From contig CAYHBD010000016.1 of NCBI GenBank assembly GCA_964354805.1, forward strand, positions 32,001-96,000: a DNA stretch of 64,000 nt, written 5' to 3'. Numbering within the stretch: the stretch's first letter is position 1; the number at the start of each line of letters is the position of its first letter. Below are positions 26,463 through 35,308 of this stretch, in pieces. The position numbers and the translations under genes are program-made. The notes under the pieces were generated by a model. That model was not told the origin of the DNA. It searched no databases and worked only from the letters and a program-made list of their open reading frames with translations. This DNA comes from an uncultured archaeon (GTDB lineage Archaea; Iainarchaeota; Iainarchaeia; Iainarchaeales; GCA-2688035).

Positions 26463-27971
26463 ATGAAAAACAAAAAAACACTTCTTGCGATTGCCTTTGC
26501 AGCAGCATTCCTGCTCGCAAGCACAAATTGCTATAGCGCAAATGGGGCCCCGGAAGGAACTGTACCTCAAAAGATAAAGGCCATGTGGGTTTATAAAGAT
26601 GTAAATGATGAACAAAAAGATTTAACAGTTTCTAACGGGATCAACACATTTTGCACAAAAATTGGGTGGGTGGATGATTTTGATTTGGATGATCCAAATG
26701 AGTGGGATAATATTATGATAAGAAAATTCGCAGCATATGCAAAAAATAAAAATATAGCCTTCTTTCCAGTGATAAATTTTGGAATTTGCGCACATGATTT
26801 TCCTGGAACCCAAGAAAAAACCTTTTATTATAGTGGAATAGACAACCAAATGAAACAAGGCATCCTGGTGCCTTTGTTAAATGAAGCGTATTGGAATTAT
26901 TTCACAGAAAAAGTAAAGGGCATTGCTGAATTAGCTAAAGAAGAAGAATATAGAATTGACGGCATTAAAATAGACTTTGAATTATACGACGACAGCGATT
27001 GTAACCCAGACCAGGAAAGATACTATTACTACAGATACTACGGCAATTTTGACGATACCGCTTTTAACAAATTTGTAGAATTAAATTCATTAAACCCACC
27101 TGCAGAAAGAGAAAAAAGATACGACTGGCTTAAGGAAAACCGCCTTTTAAATGACTATAATAACTTTGTAAAACAAAAAGTACAAGAACTCGCAAGAAAA
27201 TTTAAACAAGAAATTAATACAACGAACCCAAATTTTTTAATTGGAGAGTATCCCTCCCCAACCCAATATTATACCCTGACCGCCGATATCCTCAAAGGAT
27301 GGGAAGAAGGAAAACCAGGCATTTTATTTGGACACGACACCTACACAATAAATAGCCCAGAAAAAGAAAAATACAACCTAACACAAACCGGCGACGGCTA
27401 TTTTATTTACAAAAGAGAACCCCTCCCCCCAGTTAAAGTATATTACGCGGGAGGCTTTTTGTTAAGCAGCTATAAACCAGAAAACTTTGACCAAGTTTTA
27501 GAAATTGCCGAAAATTGTAACGGCTACTGGTTATTTAGCTCCGCAGGGATGTTTAGAAAATGCGAAGACCTAACAGGCAATGCAAGCGGGTTCAGGATTC
27601 CTGTTAATTGTGAACAAGATCAAAATGATCCTGGATGCTGCACCAACCAACAGGGTGCAGATGATTATTATTGGCAAACAAAATGCTGCCCACATATTGA
27701 AGAAGCCAGGCAAGAATACTGGAACGCAATAAAACTAACAAATTACAAACTGGACTGCCAAAAAACAAACAACGGTACAGAAATATGCGACTCGATTGAC
27801 AACGACTGCGACAACGAAATAGATGAAGATAATGTATGCGCTCAAAAATGTGTTGACACGGATACATTAATGAACCAGTACATTCCCCAGTGGAAAAGAG
27901 GAGAAATAAGCATGCTCGCACTAATGCAAAAGATGAGGCAATGGAAAACAGGACCAGATTGCCCTAACTAA
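26463..27971 (+). CDS. Secreted protein: putative glycoside-hydrolase-like domain, CDxxDNDCD motif, conserved C-terminal module
   Basis: Signal peptide MKNKKTLLAIAF; IDGIKIDFE; A-rich interior; C-terminus shared with 1290..3422. Confidence 0.7.
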   Translation: MKNKKTLLAIAFAAAFLLASTNCYSANGAPEGTVPQKIKAMWVYKDVNDEQKDLTVSNGINTFCTKIGWVDDFDLDDPNEWDNIMIRKFAAYAKNKNIAFFPVINFGICAHDFPGTQEKTFYYSGIDNQMKQGILVPLLNEAYWNYFTEKVKGIAELAKEEEYRIDGIKIDFELYDDSDCNPDQERYYYYRYYGNFDDTAFNKFVELNSLNPPAEREKRYDWLKENRLLNDYNNFVKQKVQELARKFKQEINTTNPNFLIGEYPSPTQYYTLTADILKGWEEGKPGILFGHDTYTINSPEKEKYNLTQTGDGYFIYKREPLPPVKVYYAGGFLLSSYKPENFDQVLEIAENCNGYWLFSSAGMFRKCEDLTGNASGFRIPVNCEQDQNDPGCCTNQQGADDYYWQTKCCPHIEEARQEYWNAIKLTNYKLDCQKTNNGTEICDSIDNDCDNEIDEDNVCAQKCVDTDTLMNQYIPQWKRGEISMLALMQKMRQWKTGPDCPN

Positions 27972-27979
27972 GGCGCGGT

Positions 27980-28531
27980 TTATTCTTCTTGCACTACTCC
28001 AAACGGAACGCTGAAAACAACGCTGTATTCTGGGCCAGCCTTGTGCAGAATGCTGCGCATTAGTTCAATGCTTTCAACCTGAATCTTTTTTTTGAATCCG
28101 ATGCCCCGCAGTTTTTCAATCAGCGCATCTGTTTCCTGCTTTCCCGCGCCCCTGTTTCTTGCAAGCGTAACATGCGCATGGAATCTTTCATCATGCGTTC
28201 CAATTATTTCCTGCAGTTTCCTGTTCAGCAGGTTGAATTCTTCTGTTCCCTTTCCAACCCCAATCCAAAGCACTTTGCCCCTGAAGTGCCCAACGCAGTT
28301 CAGCTCTGTTTCAAATGGTTCAAAGCGCTGCAATTGCTGCAAATCTGCCTGCATTCTGTTCACAGCTTCCCTCGGCAGATACCCGAGAAACTGCATTGTT
28401 ACATGCAAATTTTCAGGCAGAACCTTTCTCCATTTATCCGCAGGAATCAACGGCAGAATCTTTTCAGCAATTTCCTGCTTCACTTCTTTCGGAAGATTCA
28501 CCGCAAAAAACAAGCGCAATTCTTTATCCAT
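27980..28531 (-). CDS. thpR: RNA 2',3'-cyclic phosphodiesterase (2H family)
   Basis: RLFFAV, NLHVTMQFLG, FHAHVTLAR. Confidence 0.93.
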   Translation of the reverse strand: MDKELRLFFAVNLPKEVKQEIAEKILPLIPADKWRKVLPENLHVTMQFLGYLPREAVNRMQADLQQLQRFEPFETELNCVGHFRGKVLWIGVGKGTEEFNLLNRKLQEIIGTHDERFHAHVTLARNRGAGKQETDALIEKLRGIGFKKKIQVESIELMRSILHKAGPEYSVVFSVPFGVVQEE

Positions 28532-28589
28532 CGCATTCGCCCTGTGCATTAAAAATCATTCAAAAATACTCACAGCCCTTTGCAATCGC

Positions 28590-29195
28590 TTACATCAACG
28601 CTGCCCTGCACTCTCGTTCAAACCTTTCAAGCATCTGGTAGTTTTTGCCCAGCTTTTCATTCGCTTTCTTTACCAGAAAGCGCAGGAAACCATCATCAAC
28701 CAGAATTTTTTCCCTGTGTTTTACTGGCACGCTCATTTCCTGTGTTCCCTGCAATTCAACCAGGAATTTTCCTTCCTTTGCAACAATCATGCCGCCTCTT
28801 TTGATGCCTGCTTTGTACATTATCCTGAGGATTTTTCTCGCATTCTCAAGCGAATTCGCCCCAATATGCAGAATGAACGGCTCCATTTTCAGCCACACCT
28901 CGCCTTTTGTTTTCTCCCCCAGCGCTTCTTGTGCTTCCTTGAAAGAAATTTCCCTGTGCCACCGCCTATGGAATTTTGCGTCCCGCTTGCTTTCCCCCTT
29001 GGGCAGCTGAATAAGCAGAATCCTTCCAGCGCATCCGCTTGAAGTGAAAAAATTTTTTGTACCGGCAACAAAAGAACACAATGGCACAAGCCTTTCGTCA
29101 GCGAGGTTTTTCTCAACAGCTTCCTCAAAAGTGCCCCTGTGCCTCTGCTTTACAGCGCTGAAGCGCACTTTGGCAACATTTTCAAATTTCTTCAT
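28590..29195 (-). CDS. taw3: tRNA wyosine-derivative methyltransferase Taw3/Tyw3
   Basis: FTSSGCAGRI, RWH, EPFILH. Confidence 0.9.
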   Translation of the reverse strand: MKKFENVAKVRFSAVKQRHRGTFEEAVEKNLADERLVPLCSFVAGTKNFFTSSGCAGRILLIQLPKGESKRDAKFHRRWHREISFKEAQEALGEKTKGEVWLKMEPFILHIGANSLENARKILRIMYKAGIKRGGMIVAKEGKFLVELQGTQEMSVPVKHREKILVDDGFLRFLVKKANEKLGKNYQMLERFERECRAALM

Positions 29196-29264
29196 TCAAT
29201 CAACGCCTGCCTGCAATTTCATCCTTTTTCATTTCAATTCAATTATTTTGCCGCCCTTTTTTTC

Positions 29265-29906
29265 CTACAGTTCAATTTTCTCCCATTTCAATTTGCCGTC
29301 CAATTCAAGCAGCAGGGCTTTCCCATCTTTCACTGCGCCAACATTGATGCTGGTTGTTGCACCGATTTTTTCTTCGCCAGGTGCTTCGTGGCAGTGCCCG
29401 CACAAGTGCAGCGCCGGCTGGTGTTTTTCAATTATTTCCCTGACTGATTTGCTCCCTATATGCTTTCCAATGTGCGCGAAATCAAGCTTTGTTCCATACG
29501 GCGGAACGTGGGTTAAAAGAATCGCGTTTTTTTCTCCCTTAATTAATTTTTGCAGAGTTTCCTTTATTTCCTGCTCGCTGAAAAGAAACCTGCCTGGGTC
29601 ATTGTGCATGCTTCCGCCGAATCCAACCAGCGTCCATTTCCCAATGCATAGTTTTTTCGCGTGCAGTGAAATTCCCTGCCTTTCAATCTCTTGCTGCACC
29701 TCTGGCAATTCAAAGTTTCCTGCAAAAGCAAGCAAGCGCGCCGGCTTTAGCGCATCAATCACCTGTTTTGCTTCCTTTGCTCCACCCATTTGGGTTAAAT
29801 CCCCAAGCAGGATAACCAAACCAATTTTTCTGTTATGTATAATTTCATTTGCTTTTTCCAATTTTTCCCTGTTGCTATGTATATCGCTCAAAATCAGTGC
29901 AATCAT
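29265..29906 (-). CDS. Calcineurin-like metallophosphoesterase
   Basis: SDIH, GDLT, GN, THVPP, GHCHE. Confidence 0.92.
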   Translation of the reverse strand: MIALILSDIHSNREKLEKANEIIHNRKIGLVILLGDLTQMGGAKEAKQVIDALKPARLLAFAGNFELPEVQQEIERQGISLHAKKLCIGKWTLVGFGGSMHNDPGRFLFSEQEIKETLQKLIKGEKNAILLTHVPPYGTKLDFAHIGKHIGSKSVREIIEKHQPALHLCGHCHEAPGEEKIGATTSINVGAVKDGKALLLELDGKLKWEKIEL

Positions 29907-29958
29907 ATTGGGAACCTTTTTTAATTTTCTGTGGCATATATAGTTTATGTATTGCCAC

Positions 29959-29989
29959 TTTTTTTGATGAAACTTTTTCCAAAAGTTTC
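29959..29989 (-). repeat. Family-2 short hairpin repeat
   Basis: Reverse complement AAACTTTTGGAAAAAGTTTCATCAAAAA matches 62552-62580. Confidence 0.7.
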
Positions 29990-30042
29990 TTGAAGTGGTA
30001 TATTATATTGTTTGTTGTTAATTTATTTAAAGGGGTGCTAGT

Positions 30043-30825
30043 TTGTTTAAAAAATTGCTGGCGTTGGCTATTCTGCTGCTGTTTTGCAATAGTGTTTTTG
30101 GTACTGTTTTTCTGGTTGAGCCAGTTGATGCAAAAGTGCAGAGCGGCGAAGAGATTGCTTTGGGCAAGGCAGCCAAGGGTGAAACTGTTCGCATTGTTCT
30201 AAAAAAGAAAAGCGAGCTTTCAGTTGAGTGGAACAGCATTGCTGTTGGGCAATTGCCTCAGGGCTGGAAAAGCAGCAGTGTTGAAACAGACAAGACCCTG
30301 ATTGCCCTTATTTCAATTCCTGCAAATGCTGTTGTGAGCACGCAGAGGATTCAGTTTGTTTTAAGCAACAAGAGCCAGCCTTTGTTTGCTGAAAGCTTTT
30401 TCGGCAACCTGAGTGTTCGGGATAACCTGCTCACTGTTACAATTGACAACCTCAACCAGCAGACTATCGTTGGAGAAAAGGTTCGCTTCAGGCTGATTGC
30501 AAACAATGATTCAATCGCTGAGCACACTGTTTCCATTGCAAGCGATTTGCCTTCTTATTGGCTGCAGCCTTTTTCAGTGAAATTGAATCCGTCTGCTGCG
30601 ACAGAAATTGATTTGAATGTCAACGCTGTTGCTTACGGTGAAAGAAGATTCAATCTGATTGTGAGCTCAACGCATAATGAAAAGAAATTTGTTTTCCCTG
30701 CTTCGCTCAGCGTAAACCCAACGCTGAAAGGAAAATACACCGCTGCCCTGTACGGCTTTCCCTTCTTTTCCCCTTCACTGATCAGCAATTACCTGGTAAA
30801 CGCCTTCCTTGCGCTGCTTTCGTGA
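30043..30825 (+). CDS. Secreted/surface beta-rich hypothetical protein
   Basis: Signal peptide, beta-strand-like periodicity, hydrophobic C-terminus. Confidence 0.7.
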   Translation: MFKKLLALAILLLFCNSVFGTVFLVEPVDAKVQSGEEIALGKAAKGETVRIVLKKKSELSVEWNSIAVGQLPQGWKSSSVETDKTLIALISIPANAVVSTQRIQFVLSNKSQPLFAESFFGNLSVRDNLLTVTIDNLNQQTIVGEKVRFRLIANNDSIAEHTVSIASDLPSYWLQPFSVKLNPSAATEIDLNVNAVAYGERRFNLIVSSTHNEKKFVFPASLSVNPTLKGKYTAALYGFPFFSPSLISNYLVNAFLALLS

Positions 30826-30911
30826 AGCCTTTCTTTAGAAAAGAAAGCCTTGGCACAATGTCAAGCAATGAAATAAAAAAGAATATTTTGATGCTTGACA
30901 TTGTGGGGAAA
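30825..30911 (+). repeat. Family-1 repeat with nested 52-bp inverted-repeat element
   Basis: AAGCC hairpin GCCTTGG-[CACAATGTCAAGCA...TGCTTGACATTGTG]-GGGAAA. Confidence 0.85.
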
Positions 30912-30952
30912 GAAATAATAAATTGGTATAAAAACATTGCAGCATATTCAAA

Positions 30953-32638
30953 TTGAAGTGGTTCCTGTTGGATACTTTGCGCGCATACTGCCTGGATTTG
31001 ATTCATTCAATTGAATCAGGGGAAATAAAAACAAGGCAGCAGCTTAATGAAAAAAAGATTGAATTGTGCAAAAAGCACAGCCTGCCCCAAATGCCAAAAA
31101 ACCCGGTAATTCTTTCCTTTGCAAAGCCTTTTTTCCTCACGGAAAAAAGCCTTGGGAAATTCGCTTCGCAAGAAAAAAGTGAAACTCTTTTGAGGCTGCT
31201 TTCAGTCAAGCCTACAAGGGGCCTGAGCGGGATTGCAATTGTTGCAGTAATGACAAAGCCGCACAAATGCCCTGGAAAATGCATTTACTGCCCAAGCTCG
31301 CTTCTCCCTGGTAAGCGCACGCCAAAAAGCTACACCGGAAGAGAGCCTGCAACAATGCGGGCAATAAGCGCAAACTTTGACCCAGACCAGCAAATCAAGG
31401 ACAGGCTGAGGCAGCTGCAGGAAGCAGGGCATCCTACAAACAAAATTGAATTAATTGTAATGGGCGGCACCTTCCTGAGCCAGCAGCTTTCTTTTCAAAA
31501 AAAATTCATGCTGAGTTGCCTGAATGCATTTAATGGGCAGAAAGCAAAAACAATTGCCGCTGCTGCAAAGGCTGCTGAAAGCGCTGCCAACAGAATCACG
31601 GGCATTACCTTTGAAACAAGGCCTGATTTTTGCGGAAAAAAAGAAATAAGCAACCTGCTTTCTTTTGGCGGCACAAGATGCGAGCTTGGAGTGCAAACAA
31701 TTTACGATAGCGTTTATAAAAAAATTAACAGAGGGCACACAATTGCGGATGTAATCAATGCAACCCAGCTGCTGAAAGACAGCGCTTTCAAAGTAACCTA
31801 CCATTACATGCCGGGCCTGCCTGGCGTGAGCTTCCGGGAAGACGAGCAGGCATTGCGAAAAATTTTTTCTTGCCCAGAATTCAAGCCCGATAGCCTGAAG
31901 ATTTACCCCTGCCTGGTGATTGAGGGCACTGAGCTGTTCAGGCAATGGCAGCGCGGTTCATATGACCCTTTTTCAACAGAGAAAGCGGTTAAGCTGCTTG
32001 CTGAAATGAAAAGCTTTGTTCCAAGGTGGATTAGAATAATGAGGGTGCAGCGCGATATTCCATCGCAGTTGATTGCTGCTGGCGTTCAAAAGAGCAATCT
32101 GCGCCAGCTTGTGCAAATGGAAGCAGCCGCTGCAGGAATTGAGTGCAATTGCATCAGGTGCAGGGAAGCCGGCTTAAGGGCGCGCTTTGAGGACGGCACT
32201 GATTTAAGCAGTGCAAAGCTTTTCGTTGAAAAATACAATGCAAGCAATGGGCAGGACTTTTTTATCTCTTTTGAGGATAAAGCAAGAAAATTTTTGTACG
32301 GCTTCCTGCGCTTGCGCCAGCCTTTTGCTGTTGCAAAAGCCTGGGGGAAAAATGCTTCGCAACAGCCTTTTGCTCCCTTCCGAAAAGAGATTGATGCCAG
32401 GACTGCTTTGGTCAGGGAGCTGCGGGTTTTTGGTGAACCACTGCCGTTGCATAAGCGCAGCGATGCAGCAATCCAGCACAAGGGAATTGGAAAAATGCTG
32501 CTGCGCAGAGCAGAAGAGATTGCGCAAAGCGAATTGGATGCGCGCAAGCTTTCGGTTTTAAGCGGTTTCGGGGTAAAGCAGTACTATTTTGATTTGGGTT
32601 TCAAGCGCGATGGCTGTTTTGTGGAAAAAAAGCTTTAA
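30953..32638 (+). CDS. elp3: Elp3 radical-SAM tRNA U34 acetyltransferase (two in-frame repeat insertions)
   Basis: CPGKCIYCP, TPKSYTG, MGGTF, ETRPD, ELGVQ, RVQRDIP, VRELRV, QHKGIG. Confidence 0.96.
   Translation: MKWFLLDTLRAYCLDLIHSIESGEIKTRQQLNEKKIELCKKHSLPQMPKNPVILSFAKPFFLTEKSLGKFASQEKSETLLRLLSVKPTRGLSGIAIVAVMTKPHKCPGKCIYCPSSLLPGKRTPKSYTGREPATMRAISANFDPDQQIKDRLRQLQEAGHPTNKIELIVMGGTFLSQQLSFQKKFMLSCLNAFNGQKAKTIAAAAKAAESAANRITGITFETRPDFCGKKEISNLLSFGGTRCELGVQTIYDSVYKKINRGHTIADVINATQLLKDSAFKVTYHYMPGLPGVSFREDEQALRKIFSCPEFKPDSLKIYPCLVIEGTELFRQWQRGSYDPFSTEKAVKLLAEMKSFVPRWIRIMRVQRDIPSQLIAAGVQKSNLRQLVQMEAAAAGIECNCIRCREAGLRARFEDGTDLSSAKLFVEKYNASNGQDFFISFEDKARKFLYGFLRLRQPFAVAKAWGKNASQQPFAPFRKEIDARTALVRELRVFGEPLPLHKRSDAAIQHKGIGKMLLRRAEEIAQSELDARKLSVLSGFGVKQYYFDLGFKRDGCFVEKKL
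31123..31172 (+). repeat. Family-1 repeat in-frame in elp3 (about 45 nt, PFFLTEKSLGKFASQ)
   Basis: AAAGCC-TTTTTTCC-TCAC-GGAAAAAA-GCC-TTGGGAAA...GCTTCGCAAG. Confidence 0.85.
32318..32374 (+). repeat. Family-1 repeat in-frame in elp3 (45 nt, bounded by a 12-bp direct repeat)
   Basis: CAGCCTTTTGCT-GTTGCAAAAGCCTGGGGGAAAAATGCTTCGCAA-CAGCCTTTTGCT. Confidence 0.9.
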
Positions 32639-32666
32639 ATAATAGAAAGGCGCCTATTTTCTTGCA

Positions 32667-32972
32667 ATGGATATTATAGCCGAATGGCAGTTGTTTTTGG
32701 AGGAGCACCCTGAGTTTTTTGAGTTATCAAAGAGCGATTTCTTCATTTCAATGCTGCAATCGCTTGTTAAGGGGGCAAAGTCGCCTGAATCAATTCATAA
32801 CGATTTCCCTTTTGTTGAGTGGAATGACTTGTATTTGATTCTGGAGGCTTTGGTTAAATCAGGGGTTGTGGAGCAAATTAGAATTGGCGAAAAGAATTTT
32901 TTCAAGACAACAGAAAAAGGCAAGCTGTTCCTTAAAATGTATAAAAAAACAAAGCGCTCTTTCAGCGTATAA
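32667..32972 (+). CDS. Winged-helix domain protein
   Basis: LEALVKSGVVE...FKTTEKGK wHTH pattern. Confidence 0.75.
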   Translation: MDIIAEWQLFLEEHPEFFELSKSDFFISMLQSLVKGAKSPESIHNDFPFVEWNDLYLILEALVKSGVVEQIRIGEKNFFKTTEKGKLFLKMYKKTKRSFSV

Positions 32973-33035
32973 GCCTTTTTTTGCTAACGCAAAAAAGCCT
33001 TGGGAAAAGGGCAATTGCTTCGCAATTGCAAAAGG
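32971..33035 (+). repeat. Family-1 repeat overlapping a stop codon
   Basis: AAGCCTTTTTTTGC-TAAC-GCAAAAAAGCCTTGGGAAAAGG-GCAATTGC-TTC-GCAATTGC. Confidence 0.88.
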
Positions 33036-33112
33036 CTTTCTATGCAAAAAAAGCTTTGCCTTTAAAAACTTTATTAATTAGAATTCTATAAAACAAATTT
33101 TGGTGAATTTTT

Positions 33113-33463
33113 TTGAGCAGGGCATTGATTGCGGTTTTGGGCATTGGGAGAGGCACTTGGGGCCACATTGCGAGGCTTATTGCTGAAGAGCAGTGGGACC
33201 AGGCGCTGCTGGTTGGAAACGACTGGGGCAAGGAAAATTTCGCTCCAAGCAAAGAGGTTGACTGGATTATTGTAAACAACAGGGCCGGCTTCAACATTCT
33301 GAAGGATGCAATAAAGCAAAAGCTGCCTGATGTGGACGAACTGTGCATTTCCCTAATCAGTGGTTCTGGGAAAGAGCACATGGCATTGATTGCTGCTTTA
33401 AGGGAAGCAGGCAGGGAATTCAAAATCGTTGTTCTGACAGGCGAGGGAACAAAGTATTACTGA
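33113..33463 (+). CDS. Hypothetical protein
   Basis: 116-aa ORF with GRGTWGH and SGSGKEHMA segments; GGTGA upstream. Confidence 0.75.
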   Translation: MSRALIAVLGIGRGTWGHIARLIAEEQWDQALLVGNDWGKENFAPSKEVDWIIVNNRAGFNILKDAIKQKLPDVDELCISLISGSGKEHMALIAALREAGREFKIVVLTGEGTKYY

Positions 33464-33479
33464 TTCCGGTTTTAATAGC

Positions 33480-33836
33480 ATGGACCTTATTTTTCTTGCA
33501 ATAGCAGTTGTCCTGATTGCCATCATTGTTTTTTTAATTAAGAAAATCTTTAAGCTGAGAGACCGGATTGATTCCCTGCGCTTTGACAAAAGCAGCCAGG
33601 CAGTAAAATACGGCAAAATGACAGAGCAGTTTATTCCGTTCACCGAGCAATTTCCTTTCCCTGCAGAGCGCTTTCGTTTCATTGGCAGCCCGATTGATGG
33701 CATTGCCTTTGACGAGGATGAAATAATTTTCTGCGAATTCAAAACAGCAGGGAGCACCCTGAGCGAAAAGCAGCGCAAAATAAAGGAATTGGTGGAAAGA
33801 AAAAAAGTGAAGTGGAAAGAATTCAATCTGCGCTAA
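33480..33836 (+). CDS. Membrane-anchored Holliday-junction-resolvase-like PD-(D/E)xK endonuclease
   Basis: N-terminal TM; GKMTEQ, RFIGSPIDGIAF, EFKT. Confidence 0.88.
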   Translation: MDLIFLAIAVVLIAIIVFLIKKIFKLRDRIDSLRFDKSSQAVKYGKMTEQFIPFTEQFPFPAERFRFIGSPIDGIAFDEDEIIFCEFKTAGSTLSEKQRKIKELVERKKVKWKEFNLR

Positions 33837-33926
33837 GCCTTTTTGCTCACGCAAAAATCCTTGGGAAAGACTGCCTAACGGCAAAGCCTTTTGCTTTGCA
33901 AAAGCCTTGGGACAACAGCCTTCGGC
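33835..33926 (+). repeat. Two tandem family-1 units between convergent genes
   Basis: Units start AAGCC at 33835 and 33884; second hairpins TGCC-TAAC-GGCA and GCC-TTC-GGC. Confidence 0.88.
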
Positions 33927-35278
33927 TAATCCTTTTTCTTTTCAAAAGGCGATACACCATCCCAGCAGTACAAGCACAGCTGGTTTTTTTCCTTTCCAAG
34001 GGCTTTAACAAAGTCCTCTAAAGTATTGTAAACAAGGCTGTCTGCTTCAATGTATTTTTTTATTTCTTCCACTGGCATTCTTCTTGCAGCCAGTTCTTCA
34101 TAGCTTCGCGTTGAAACCCCAAACCTGCAGGGGTGCATTAATGGCGGGCAGCTGATTCTTACATGAACCTCTTTTGCCCCTGCCTTTTTCAGCTCTTTCA
34201 CTTTCTCCCTTATCTGTGTTCCCCTCACAATAGAATCATCGCATAGCACAATTCTTTTTCCCTGAACAGCGTTTTTTAAAACACTCAGCTTTTTTTCAGC
34301 TTCTGAGTCCCTTTCCTCCTGCGTTGGCTGTGTGTAGCTCCTGTCCCCATACCTGTCAATCAGGAAAACGCTCTTCAACGGCACTTTGTTTTCCAAGTGG
34401 TATCCTTCAGCATGCCCAATGCCGCTGTTTGGAACAGGTGCAACAATATCAGCCTGCAGCTTTCCCTTATCCCTTTTCGCAAGCATTGCCCCCATATTGT
34501 TCCTTGCCTTGTCAACAGACAAGCTGTCAATAACAGAGTCAACGCTTGCAATGTAAGCCCACTCAAATGCGCAGAATGCAGTTCTGTCGCCTTTCATTTC
34601 CTTCAATGTTTTGAACCCGTTTTTGTCAATGAACAAGATTTCCCCCGGTCTTACATCCCTTTCAATTTCCATGCCCAGATTCTGCAATGCCCTGCTTTCA
34701 GAAGCAACGGCAAACTCTTTCCCGTTCTTTCCCAGAATCAATGGCTTGAATCCAAATCCGTCCCTTGCAGCAAAAATCCCTTTTGGGGTGAGAATAAGCA
34801 GGCTGTAGCTTCCCTCAATTTTCTTTGCCATTTGCTCAATGGCATCAACAAAATCGTTTCCCTGTACAACCAGCTTTGCAAGCAATTCAATCTGCGAATC
34901 CAGCCAAAAACTGTGCCCTTTTTTCTTCAGCTCTTCAATCAATTGTTCTGCATTAACAATGTTTCCGCTGAAGCAGATAGCGAAATCCCCAAGCTTGCTG
35001 TGCAGTGTCATTGGCTGCCTGTCCCTCAGGCTCACGTGCCCAATGCCAAAATTCCCCTGCAGTGTTTCAAAGTCCTCCCTTGTGAAAGTAGGGTCAACCC
35101 TGCCCTTGTGGCTCTGAATTATCACTTCCTTGCCATTGCTGGTTGCAATTCCGCAATACTGCTGGCCCCTGTGCTGCAGAAAATGCAGAGCCAGGTGAAT
35201 TCTCTTCACGCAAGGCTTATCAGAATAAAGGCCAAACAGGCCGCAATTATCTTTAGCTTTAACCAAAAAGCCCACCAT
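33926..35278 (-). CDS. purF: Amidophosphoribosyltransferase
   Basis: Propeptide then CGLFG, LQHRGQ, RDGFGFKPL, CAFE, DDSIVRGT, CLYC. Confidence 0.95.
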   Translation of the reverse strand: MVGFLVKAKDNCGLFGLYSDKPCVKRIHLALHFLQHRGQQYCGIATSNGKEVIIQSHKGRVDPTFTREDFETLQGNFGIGHVSLRDRQPMTLHSKLGDFAICFSGNIVNAEQLIEELKKKGHSFWLDSQIELLAKLVVQGNDFVDAIEQMAKKIEGSYSLLILTPKGIFAARDGFGFKPLILGKNGKEFAVASESRALQNLGMEIERDVRPGEILFIDKNGFKTLKEMKGDRTAFCAFEWAYIASVDSVIDSLSVDKARNNMGAMLAKRDKGKLQADIVAPVPNSGIGHAEGYHLENKVPLKSVFLIDRYGDRSYTQPTQEERDSEAEKKLSVLKNAVQGKRIVLCDDSIVRGTQIREKVKELKKAGAKEVHVRISCPPLMHPCRFGVSTRSYEELAARRMPVEEIKKYIEADSLVYNTLEDFVKALGKEKNQLCLYCWDGVSPFEKKKD

Positions 35279-35308
35279 AAAATAAAGAACCAGAAATATA
35301 TTTTAAAG

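Noticed and set aside
5405-29260. Additional weak 3'-end echoes after hppA (5405), nurA (about 10000) and the metallophosphoesterase (about 29210)
   Set aside because: Similarity is too short or degenerate to separate from chance by eye.
29265-29906. Metallophosphoesterase as the missing Mre11
   Set aside because: Only 213 aa, no room for a capping domain, HVPP/GHCHE pattern of generic Icc-like enzymes, and not adjacent to rad50.
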